A stretch of DNA of 64,000 nucleotides from contig NC_079172.1 of assembly GCF_947568905.1 (NCBI RefSeq), forward strand, positions 9,176,001-9,240,000, read 5' to 3'. The notes beneath the pieces are model-generated. The model made no database searches. It saw only the letters and a list, made by a program, of their open reading frames with translations, and was not told the origin of the DNA. Both the position numbers and the translations under genes were made by a program. This stretch comes from Ostrea edulis (lineage: Eukaryota). Shown piece by piece: positions 1-10,991 of this stretch (the stretch's first letter is position 1; every line of letters starts with the position of its first letter).

Positions 1-17
1 GATAATGATTAAAATCA

Positions 18-294
18 GCGGTTGGCCGAGAGGTTAGAGCGTTCGCCCCGCATGTGGTAGGCCGGGGTTCGAATCCCGGACGCGATAGACCTAAGTCGTT
101 AAAACAGGAAGTGACAGTTCCATCGCCAAACGCTCGGCATCAGGTGTGAATGTCACGGGTCCTCGGAGATGACCTTAAAAACGGATGCCCCGTGTCACAG
201 TAGGTGTGTCACGCTAAAGAACCGGTCTAGGTGACGTCTCCATACGAGTGAAAAATTCTCGAGCGAGACGTTAAGCAAGATACAATCAATCAAT
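18..294 (+). mobile_element. tRNA-derived SINE (family A), ~60-bp internal deletion
   Basis: tRNA-like head with A box (TGGCCGAGAGG) and B box (GGTTCGAATCC), then a body shared with other copies (...GGTGACGTCTCCATACGAGTGAAAAATTCTCGAG...GACGTTAA) and a (CAAT)n tail. The deletion joins AAGAACC to GGTCT relative to other copies. Confidence 0.85.
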
Positions 295-299
295 TCCAC

Positions 300-367
300 G
301 ATCCGCTCCTCTCTTCATTTTTTATTGTCGCTACACGTGTAGCGATAATAAAAAGGAGGAGCGGATC
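300..367. repeat. Short palindromic MITE-like hairpin
   Basis: GATCCGCTCCT...TTTTTATTGTCGCTACACGTGTAGCGATAATAAAAAGGAGGAGCGGATC is self-complementary. A similar half-arm occurs near 14430. Confidence 0.6.
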
Positions 368-434
368 ATTCGAACTGATTTTAAATCAGATTGCAACATT
401 TGTCTTTTCCTTTTTTTTTTTTTTTTTTTATCTT

Positions 435-668
435 ATTGCCTAGATGAGTAACTCATTGGCTTAGCATGTCGACAGCTGAACTGTAAATTGCGGATTAGAT
501 TCTAGCATAGGATTTAACTTTTTTTCCAGATTACTTTTTATTAAACCTGCATTAGTGGACTAAATAAAGTAAAATTGAAAGTTTTTAATTTTAAAATATT
601 GTTGTACAAACATGTAACCTCCACTTTTCATCTATATCAATTTCTCTGGTGTAGTATTCCTCCTTTTA
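435..668 (+). mobile_element. 3' part of a TTAA-type (Kolobok-like) non-autonomous element with tRNA-like internal segment
   Basis: Homologous to 50240-50459 (CCTAG.TGAGTA...GCTGAACTGTA...GACTAAATAAAGTAAA...TATCAATTTCTCT.GTGTAG). Ends CCTCCTTTTAA. Confidence 0.5.
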
Positions 669-1161
669 AAAGACACAAACTAACATTTTCAAAATCACGC
701 ACAATACTGTCTCCTTATCAATGCGATGTAAATACAAAATATCTTCCATTACTGCACTGAGGTCATTGTACTAAGTTTACTTTTGCATAAAGTTCAATAC
801 ATATATAGAATTTATTCTGCAGCACAGTGATAACGATTTTAGAATTTTTCAGCTTTTGTCCTTCTATACAATACAGTTGACATAGTTGGTAATCTTACTG
901 ATAAGAGTTACACAGCTAAATGTACTTGGCGATTACTTTGAATTTATCGAGGATGGGGTTTCCACTTCTGAACTTCGTTTTCTATTTGTCCATAGCTAGA
1001 ACATCTTTATGTGCTTCAGAAGGTAAAATTATTTAAAATCTTAGATTTTTCATCTATTTTTAGAATTTAATTTACACTCTACATTTCAATTTAATAAGAT
1101 ATTTATACAGGTACGTGCAATTGACATAAATGTATGGTTTATAAGATAAATAACATTTCAG

Positions 1162-4100
1162 GTTGGTTTTTACACGTGACGGACTTTCATTGGGACAGCA
1201 CGTACACCAGCAGGGATTTGTCTTGCAATGGCGTTGTGAATACTCACGGCGTCTATGGTGATTATTGGTGCGATTCTCCATATTCACTTATTGACGTCAC
1301 GATCAAAGCCATGAAAAATGCGACGTTGGATAAAACTGTGGATTTCATGCTATGGACAGGGTAATATCAAAACGTGTTTAAATCTACAATTTGGTAGAAA
1401 TTTGACTGTCAATTCTTATATAAAACTTTGACATTTTAAAAAAAAAATTCTGATTGATTGTGATATGCAAAATACGTAATATCCATTTTACACAGATTTC
1501 ATGCAAATGAAAATTACAGATATTTAAACGTTTACCTTAATTTCTTCAGCAATTTCATTTAAGATATCATTGCATTGTTTTGAGTTCCGTGAGGGTTCGG
1601 GTTAGAATAGATCCTTAGTTCCCCCTGCTTGTCATAAGAGGCAGCCAAATGGGGTGGTCCTTCGGATGAGAACGCAAAAACCGAGGTTCCATGTCATAGC
1701 AGGTGTGGCATGTGAAAGATCCCTCCCTGCTCAAAGGCCGTTTACAAGCGTCGAGCATAGGCTTAAATTTTGCAGCCCTTCACTGGCAGTGGTGACGTCT
1801 CCATACAAGTGAAAAAAATTCGAGGGACGTTAAACAATATTCAATCAATCAATCATTGCTTTGATTTATGAAATTCAAATCTATCTTGAAGTCTGATAGG
1901 ATGCAAGTAAATTAAACCTGAAATATCACGAAAAATTATATATTATTGAAAAAAGTCGCGTATGACCTTAAACTGCATTTGCAAATTGGTCAGCATATTT
2001 ACAAGTATACTGTATCAGTTATTTGGTTGAATTAGCATGATTTACTCTGCAGCTGTCATTAAAGTCTTTTCTAAACGATATTGAAAGGAAAGGCAATTTG
2101 AAAATGATTTTGGTTGAATGTAATAGCAGGCAAAGCTCACGTCAAGATGCGACGGGCTCAATCCAATGATTAAAACACACTTGAGTCACTAGTCCGAACT
2201 ATCTGACGTTTTCCTGGCACAGAAAATTTCAAAATCATTTAAAAAGGCAGGAAAACGTAAGATATTTCGGACTATTGAGTCACGTGATTTGCTCTAATGA
2301 TGGGGTTGCCCATAGATCGGTAAAGTTGGCTACTAGTAACCAGCTACTAGTAACTGGCTACTTAAAAAGAGAAAAGTTGGCTACTAGTAGCCAGCTACTT
2401 GAACCAGGAAAAGTTAGCTACTAGTAGCTAGTTACTAGAAGACAGCTACTAAAAGTAAGAAAAGTTAGGTACTCGTAGCCAGCTACTACAAGATATAAAA
2501 GTTATAATTAGTGATAGCCAGCTACCAGATAAAGGTTAATGAGCTTGAAAATTATTATTTATCAGATTTATTTCTAAAGAGGACGAGGAGTCGTATGAAA
2601 TTTCCTGCTCAATTATCCCCAATTGCATAACGTTGCAATGCAAAATACGAATAAACTTTTTCAACTGAGTGTTTACTTTAAAAATGATACGGATTGAATT
2701 CAGACCTTCATTAGTAAGAAACTTAATTTGTGTTTGTATTAGATATCTGACGAATTTATGACTATACATATGGCAAGAAGTGATAGATGGTGTTTTGATA
2801 CGCCACGAATTTTCAGATATCGCTTTTTAGGAAATCAGTTACTTATACATTTTGATTATCGGTACAATGAAATTTCAAGATATGTGTGAATACCTTAAGG
2901 AACTCCGTGTTTATATTGTATATTTCACTAACTTACAACGATACGTATGGCGAGTAGTGATATCGCGTATCGTGATATGTCATCAATTTTCAGATATCAC
3001 GCTTAAGGAAGTCAGCTACTTATACCTTTTAATGGCAGGTAAACTGAAATTTCAAGTTTTTCGCAAATATCTTAAGGCACTCTATGTTTGTATTAGATAT
3101 CTCATTAATTCACCAATATTCATATGAAGAGGAGTGGTATTATATATCTTCATAAGCCATCAATTTTCAGATATCACCATTAAGGAAATCAGCTACTTAT
3201 ACCTTTTGATTCCTGGTAACCTGAAATTTCAAGATTTTCGTAGATATCTTGAGAAAATTTGTGTTTATATTAGATATCTGACTAAATTACAACTATCAAA
3301 ATGAAGAGGAGTGATACTAGGTATCTTGATATGCCATCAATTTTCAAATATCACCCTTATGGAAGTCAGCTACTTTTACTATTTGATTCTAGGTAACCTG
3401 AAATTTCAAGTTTTCCGTACATATCTTAAGAAACTCTGCGTTTGTATTAGATATATCATAAATTTACCATCTCACATATGACAAGGAGTGATATTAAGTA
3501 TCTTAATATCACTGAAAATTGATGACGTATCACGATACGCAATATCACTACTCGCCATACGTATTGTTGTAAGTTAGTGAAATATACAATATAAACACGG
3601 AGTTCCTTAAGGTATTCACACATATCTTGAAATTTCATTGTACCGATAATCAAAATGTATAAGTAACTGATTTCCTAAAAAGCGATATCTGAAAATCCGT
3701 GGCGTACCTATCACTTCTTGCCATATGTATAGTCGTAAATTCGTCAGATATCTAATACAAACACAAAGTTTCTTACGGTATTCACACAAATGTTCAAATT
3801 TCAGGGTCACTCGTATCAAATTGTAAAAGTAGCAGATATCTCAAAATGGATGGTATATCAAATTAATGAAGGTCTGAATTCAATCCGTATCATATTTAAA
3901 GTAAACACTCTGTTGAAAAAGTTTATTCGTATTTTGCATTGCAACGTTATGCCATGAAATTTCATACGACTCCTCGTCCTCTTTAGAAATAAATCTGATA
4001 GATAATGATTTTCAAGCTCATTAACCTTTATCTGGTAGCTGGCTATCAGTAATTATAACTTTTATATCTTGTAGTAGCTGGCTACCAGTACCTAACTTTT

Positions 4101-4535
4101 CTTACTTTTAGTAGCTGGCTACTAGTGACTGGCTACTAGTAGCTAACTTTTCCTGGTTCAAGTAACTGGCTACTAGTAGCCAACTTTTCTCTTTTTAAGG
4201 AGCCATTTATTAGTAGCTAGTTACTAGTAGCCAACTTCACCGATCTGTTGCCCATATGCTTCTCGAAAATGTTGCCGTCACTGCGGTATAGATAAAATAA
4301 ATAATTTCTTTTAAAAGTTCCACAAACGTTTTTAAATTCCAGACAAGCTCTTTCATACTTTCGTACATGCATGATTTGTTGTTGTTGATAATTGAAGAAA
4401 CATTGCATCTAATATAACGTAACATGCATTGTATACATTGACTGCCAGTGACGTAGCTACCATGTATGATTGTATGTCAAAGCATCCACTTTTGTTCCAA
4501 AAAAAAAATAATATTGGTAAGATGAGTAAAGAAAA

Positions 4536-4612
<77 letters not shown>

Positions 4613-7600
4613 TTGTTTTCAAATCTTATCACTATGAGCTCACTTTTAGTATACTCTCGATTATTTCTGGTGATAAAGCCAGTTGACAAAGTCGCAGTTA
4701 AAGTTGAATAATTTTTAAGAAGGCTCAGACGGTCACACATGTTGAATCGGAAAGCTTCTTTTGGACAGAAATATTTTAGTTCTTTGATATAGTAATACAC
4801 ATGTACGTAAATTCACTTTCGGATACTCCATTCCACACACTTAAATTACCAATATTCCCGGAGCTTTGCCCCCTGCTTCCCCCCACCCAGGCCTAGGGCT
4901 CTGCCCTGGACCCGCTGGGGGCTGCTTTAGACCACCTGCTTTCAGAAAAGCATTGGTATGATTTTTGCCTTTCTACACCACCGACTGCATTATATGAAGA
5001 GGTGGATTAAATGTCTAAACTTGTGTTGCAATAAAAGGGTCTTCGCTCGTCTCCAACGGTCATATTGTAAAACATATTATTTACCTCACCTGTAATGGTA
5101 TTGAAAATATTTTACAGTGATAGCGTGCTCCATACAGGCGATGAACACCTAAGCTTAGACAACAATGTAGGGATCCTTCAAAATTTGACTGCTCACCTGC
5201 AACAGACGTTTCCCACCATGGATGTGTATGCAACTTACGGTAACCACGATTATTACCCGAATGGACAGTACCCACCTCATAACAATGAAATCTACAACAG
5301 GACGCTGGAGCACTGGAGGACCTGGATTAATGACAGCACTCAGGAAGCCACGTTCTTAAAAGGTCAGTGCCTGTGTTGGTTCTACATTTCGGTCGGACTT
5401 CGGACCCTTAATTATTTTCATTCATGCTGTACAAGTAAACAGCCATAAAAATTTATAAATCTCTTAGGCCGATCAATCCTCATGTGATGTCAGGGTTTTA
5501 CAAAAAAAAATATTAAATTAAACTTTGTGCATGATAGAAATATATCTTTTAGAGGAATTTTATTCGCTGAATTGAATATAAAATTTGGTAAACTATTACT
5601 ACTGAAAAAAGTTGATATTTTCCATAGATAATCAATTATTTATGATTTTTAAAAATGTTGTCAAGAGCAAGAACTCCTATGCTGGTATTTCTTCTACTGT
5701 ATGTCTATTATACATGATTTCCCCAATATCCACAATAAATTTATACATACATGTATTTATGAATTAGCATTTTTTTAAACTGTTGACATTTAGAATTTGT
5801 CATTTCAACAAGTTTTTATCTATTCTAATTATTTTGTATAACGAAAATGTGTGATTTTCTGATGTTAACATATACTTCTGTTTTTGTATGTCTGACATCT
5901 TTGAAAATGTGGCAACATACACATTTTCTTTGGTTAAATCTAACTATATTGAGTTGAAATTAATAGTTTTTCCACTCTCAACCATTGCTATTGATAAGTC
6001 ACACGAGGATCGATCAACCTTAAAATGTACTCATCTCGAAATTTCTATCTACCGCAAATATAAACCATCATCCTGACAAATCGGAAGAGAAATGCTTTAG
6101 AAAATCCATTTGTATATCATTTTTCTCAAACATTTAGTTTATCTCAATTCATCGATTTTGTTGCGGCAGCAGCACAGTGGTAGAGAAAACGTGTCACTAT
6201 CGGCAGGTCACGTGTTCCAGTACATTGATTGATTGATTAAATATTGTTTTACGTACCTCTCGAGAATAATTCACTCATATGGAGACGTCACCAATGCCGG
6301 CGAAGGGCTGCAAACTTTAGGCCTATGCTCGGCGCTTATGGCCATTGGGCAGGGAGGGGTCTTTATCGTGCCACACTTGCTGCGACACGGGACCTCGGTT
6401 TTTGCGGTCTCATCCGAAGGACCGCCCCATTTAGTCGCCTCTTACGACAAGCAAGGGGTACTGAGGACCTATTCTAACCCGGATCCCCACGGGATACGTG
6501 TTCCAGTACAAGTTGCAACTGTCCCGATGGCTTTAATATAAGTAGTGACTGTTCCGTCTGGTCTAAGAAGTAAAAGTCGCGGATGAAACCTTAAAACTGA
6601 TGTTCTGTACCATTGTAAGCTTTAGCACGATCAGGAACCACACAGACAAATTGACAGTGATAAAGATTTGTAGAACGTCATATAGGTTGCATTGGTGACC
6701 TCTGTATCATTATAATCATAGGTGCATACTACACATTGAAGACAAAGTACGGAATCAGAATCCTGGCCCTCAACACCAATCTTTACTACACATCAGACAA
6801 AGTCACTACTCACATGGACGATCCGGCGGATCAATTCGTTTGGATGAAGAATATTCTGCAGCAATCGAGAAGAGACAGTGAAAAAGTAACTCCATTCCAG
6901 ATGTATTGAATTAAATATTTTCAAGTGAAAATCCCCACCGGTTAAACAGTAATTCTATTGTAAGGGAATTCAAATGAACTAATATCACTTAAATGTAGAA
7001 TTATTCACAAAGGTTTTGATCACCGGGCATGTGCCGCCAGGGGTTGCTGCGGAAGGTGGTAAAACGTGGTTTTATCAACACTTCAACATTCACATGCTGC
7101 ACATTCTACATCAGTATAGTGATGTAATAATAGGACTTCATTTTGGACATGAACATGCGGATACATTCAGAATGTTTTATGACCATTCTGGTTAGCTTAA
7201 TTCTATTCCTACATTGTTTATAGTTATATATTTGTTTTTAAGCAGAATTAATACACAATGTGAACGGGAATTTTGAGATACTAGTAATCAGATCTATTTT
7301 AAGGATATCATTAAATAATGATAATTCTATTTTTGAGAACAAAATTTCGGAGGAAAATACATGTATATATTTATTAAAGGGCGACCAGTGATGACTATGT
7401 ACATCGCCCCCTCTGTCACTCCATGGCGATACAAGACTTCTGCAACAACGGGACCAAAGCACAACCCATCCTTCCGACTGATCAAGTATGACAGAATAAC
7501 AGGCAGGCATTTAGACTTGGTTCAATATTACATGGATCTACCAGAAAGTAATAAGCACAACAGGGCTATTTGGAACGTTGCATATATTGCCACTAGAGAC

Positions 7601-7849
7601 ATGAAAATCCCAGATATATCTCCATCATCTATGGATGATTTCGCAAATAGAACCAAAAATCCCACGAGCCAAGAGTTCCAGAACCACCTGAAATGGCGAA
7701 ACGCCAACGCGGAAGTGATGCCATGCGATGCTTTGTGTCATTCGTTACTTTTCTGCAATTTTATGAAGCTACAGGAACGTGATTTCAAAGTTTGCCTTAG
7801 AGACACTCAACACTATACAGCGACATTGGCTTTTGGGAAGAGAAAGTAA
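1162..7849 (+). CDS. SMPDL3: Acid sphingomyelinase-like phosphodiesterase 3 (calcineurin-like metallophosphoesterase), 5'-partial
   Basis: Exons 1162-1360, 5118-5362, 6722-6885, 7013-7190 and 7380-7849 have GT-AG boundaries and compatible phases. Metal-binding motifs are HVTDFHWD, WTGD, GNHD, GHVPPG and GHEHAD; family motifs are ALNTNLYY and IAPSVTPW...NPSFRL. The signal-peptide exon was not found. A versus B paralogue is unresolved. Confidence 0.92.
1584..1854 (+). mobile_element. SINE-like element, structured non-tRNA head (family B)
   Basis: Full head (TCCGTGAGGGTTCGGGTTAGAATAGATCC...), body and (CAAT)n tail. Near-perfect 10-bp TSD ATTG(T/C)TTTGA. Confidence 0.85.
2314..4246. mobile_element. 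Foldback-type non-autonomous DNA transposon
   Basis: Inverted arms of about 700 bp (AGATCGG... / ...CCGATCT), 9-bp TSD GTTGCCCAT (2305-2313, 4247-4255), internal 177-bp tandem units (2811, 2988, 3165, 3342) and GCTACTAGTA subrepeats at the termini. Confidence 0.88.
4540..4607. repeat. (TA)n(GA)n compound microsatellite
   Basis: Direct reading of the sequence. Confidence 0.95.
6225..6495 (-). mobile_element. SINE-like element, family B
   Basis: Full length. Perfect 15-bp TSD ACGTGTTCCAGTACA (6210-6224, 6496-6510); (ATTG)n tail on the plus strand. Confidence 0.92.
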
Positions 7850-7972
7850 TACACTATTTCAGTGTTGATAGAAGTTATTGTGCATAACATAAAATGATTT
7901 ACAAAACCTGTATAGACAAGTCTTCAAAAAAAATTCTTTTCATGCTTCTAGACTGTATCATTTTATGGCTTA

Positions 7973-8217
7973 TTGATTGATTGACTGATGTTTTCCGCCA
8001 CACTCAACAATTTTTCAGTTATATGGTGGCGCCCAGTTTTTATTGGTGGAAGAGAGAACCCAGACACAATGTACCTGGGAAGAGAGACCACCGACCTTCC
8101 GAAAGTAAACTGGAGAACTTTCTCACTTACCGGCGCGAGCGGGATTCGAACCCACGCCGACAGAGGTGAGAGGCCGTGTGATTTTGAGCGTGATGTTCTA
8201 ACCACTCAGCCACGGAG
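7973..8217 (-). mobile_element. tRNA-derived SINE (family C)
   Basis: On the minus strand: A box TGGCTGAGTGG, B box GGTTCGAATCC, a distinct central body and a (CAAT)n tail. 11-bp TSD TTTATGGCTTA (7962-7972, 8218-8228). Confidence 0.9.
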
Positions 8218-9113
8218 TTTATGGCTTAACTATCAACAAACATTGCAATATCCTTATAACTCAAAACAGACAGATGTAGTTGAAACTGCTCTATCCGACA
8301 TCTGTTTCACCCGTTTTAACTGTATATTTCGATCACCCGTTGTAACTGTATATTTCGACCTTAAATGCCATTTGTAGTCGTCTTTTTGTCATGTTCTTTA
8401 ACACAACGCAATCTCGCATCCGACACAAATTTTGACTACAACAGCATATCGGATTAGACAGGTGTTTTCTATACTTCGTATATCATGGTGAAATAGAAAT
8501 TGTACATAGACACCTATGTCGCATGAAGATGTCCAATTCAGAAGCTAATTCTACACATGGTCATAAAGTTTTACATAGAACTTTAGTTAAGTACAAGTAT
8601 TCATAAATAAATAAATAGACAACGAACTTAAAGAATAGGAGCACCTCTTTGTTCACAGAACCTGCGCAGTTGCGTAGTGATTTGGTTGCTAGCGACGTCT
8701 CTACATCAGTGACAAATCCTCAGTTAGAATGTAAAACAATTTAAAAAAAACAAAACAAAATGTTTATTCATATTCATTTTATAAACACGACATTGTGCAT
8801 TCAAGGCCATCGTTGTTGTCCTGACACGTTTCTAAACTTTGCATGTCGTCTCCAGCCATATTCATATCACACACCTCCATTCATTTCAAAGAGTCTGTTG
8901 TAAAATGATCTGTGAAAATGAATAGTAGAAACAGTGAAATATTTCCATATAATGCTGTACTACATACCACATACAGTGAATGACCATTGTCTACAAAATA
9001 TTAGATAAATATAATCTCGCATATTTAATCATATGACTATCATGTTATGAGATTGATCACTGTCAGTCATCTTCACCTTTCATAACATGATAGTCATTTG
9101 ATCAAATCCCAGT

Positions 9114-9897
9114 AACAAGAGGTCCATGGGCCACGATGTCCACCAGAGTCAGATTAATATCACAGCTGAATAAAATCATGCACTTTAATCCCAAATGTTA
9201 GTATGACAATTTTCAATCAAATGGATCAATATAAATGTGTTTATAATAGGAAAATGCTTTGATATTGATATGAAAAACTGCAGCTTTTGTGTTCTTGGTA
9301 TTTTAAAAGTTTCTATCCCATTATGGCTCAATCCTCAATTTGGAAACGTTTAAACGGTTTTTTCTTTCAATTAATCCTTATTTACCTCATTATATAAGAA
9401 GTAAAGTATCGAGGTAAAGAATCGGCAGAAATATATGTACTTCTGTATGTATAATTCTCACCAGGCGTATCACAGATGGTATACTTTTAAGAAACAATTC
9501 ACATTGACATGTTCTGCGTATGGTCAAGTTTTAAATCGAGGCAAGCTACCGACAAACAAGTTGATGGTACAGGGTTTTCAACAGTTTCAATTAAAGTCAG
9601 CATTTTGCAAATTCTATGGTCGTTTGGTTGAAAAAAGCCAGTGGTTCTTAATTCATAAAATCCAATATCCAATTTTTCATATTTATATTTTTCAATCATC
9701 TCACGTTTGAAGAGGGCGTAGTCCTTCATTTTAACACACTTGGGTCACCTTTATCTAAAAATGTGTTACAAGTATGGTTGAAATTGACCCATTTGTTTCT
9801 TAGAAGAAATCAATCATGTGAAAAATTTAACGAGGCCGATAGACGACAAATTTTGATCAGAAATCCATACTTGAACCTTCTGCTCATACAAGCTAAA
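9114..9897. mobile_element. Helentron-like non-autonomous element containing a Penelope-like RT 3' fragment (~9440-9620)
   Basis: Ends AACAAGAGGTCCATGGGCCAC... and ...GACAAATTTTGATCAGAAA...AGCTAAA match the copies at 50973-51902 and 32820-34006. The internal segment matches 45000-45160. Confidence 0.6.
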
Positions 9898-10234
9898 TAC
9901 CGCTAGAGGCGAAAGACTGATGTGTATAGATAATTTCGAGTCATGTAGGTTTAAATAGATCCTGGTTACTTTCATGCTCATCAACAACTCAAAGGTTCAA
10001 AAACGTTAATTTTCACACGTCCATTGAATTAGTCAGTCTGGTACACTTTACTCGGGTGACCATGAAACCCGTGAGATTCTTGTTTCAAAATGCGTTCATT
10101 ACTTTATAGCCGAACTGATGGAGAATATACTACAGTGATCTTATTCAGATGTTTTGATACTTCTCATTCTGCAACTTGACATAGAGCGTGCCATTTCGTT
10201 GATTATATCTAAATTGTGATGTCATTGTAAAGTA

Positions 10235-10500
10235 GGCCCGTGGGGATCCGGGTTAGAGTAGGTCCTCAGTACCCCTTGCTTGTCGTAAGAGGCGACTAAA
10301 TGGGGCGGCCCTTCGGATGACACCGCAAAAACCGAGGCCCTGTGTCACAGTAGGTGGGACACGATAAAGATCCTCCCTGCTCAAAGGCCGTAAGCGCCGA
10401 GCATAGGCCTAAATTTTGCAGCCCTTTACCGGCAATGGTGACGTCTCCGTATAAGTGAAATATTCTCGAGAGGGACGTAAAACAATACTCAATCAATCAA
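10235..10500 (+). mobile_element. SINE-like element, family B
   Basis: Full length. Perfect 13-bp TSD TCATTGTAAAGTA (10222-10234, 10501-10513). Confidence 0.92.
10237..10306 (+). ncRNA. Candidate pistol-like structured RNA / ribozyme forming the head of SINE family B
   Basis: Manual fold: P1 CCCG/CGGG; loop GGGG pairing with downstream CCCC (pseudoknot); linker UUAGA(A/G)UAG; P2 GUCC/GGGC; UCAG; GC; P3 UUGUCG/CGAC(U)AA; AU junction. Catalytic activity not demonstrated. Confidence 0.4.
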
Positions 10501-10991
10501 TCATTGTAAAGTAACGTCCCGATGCTTAGGAATCGGAACCTGATATCTTATAATAGCATCTCTACGTAGTACTCTATATTAAAGAATTCCATTCATATGT
10601 TATCTCCCTTTGCAGGGTCAGCCAAACGTCAATAGGTGAAAACTCAAGTTTTCCTTCTTTACCCTACCAAATGCAAGACGTTACCACTGTAAATTCTAGC
10701 TAATTATTAAGTTTTCATACAAGTTACTGAGTTGTACCACAACGGGGCATTGCTGTAATTGACTGCAATGATGGGGAAGTGTTACAGATCAGAAAATTAC
10801 AAAGGTCAACGTAGGGAAATACGATTTGGTGTGAAATGGACGTAACTACCGCGAAGTGTTGATACTTTATTATCGGGAAGCAATCTAAATGTATACATTG
10901 GCCACTTAGTTCAATCAATGCTAGTTGTCAGCGGTGGTAGTAGGATAGTAATCAAATATTTCACTTCCGTATTTTCTGACGCATCCGTTAC

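Noticed and set aside
18-90. Possible tRNA gene
   Set aside because: No proper acceptor stem, and it continues directly into a SINE body and tail. The same applies to 8145-8217 (-).
6233-6541. ORFs overlapping SINE copies (also 7963-8377, 10296-10496, 61503-61697)
   Set aside because: They are translations of repeat sequence, with no domain motifs or splice context.
10237-10306. HDV-like, hammerhead, twister, hatchet or hairpin ribozyme reading of the family B head
   Set aside because: HDV needs P3/L3 between P2 and P1', and only 4 nt are available. There is no CUGANGA/GAAA core, and twister, hatchet and hairpin core motifs are absent or out of order.
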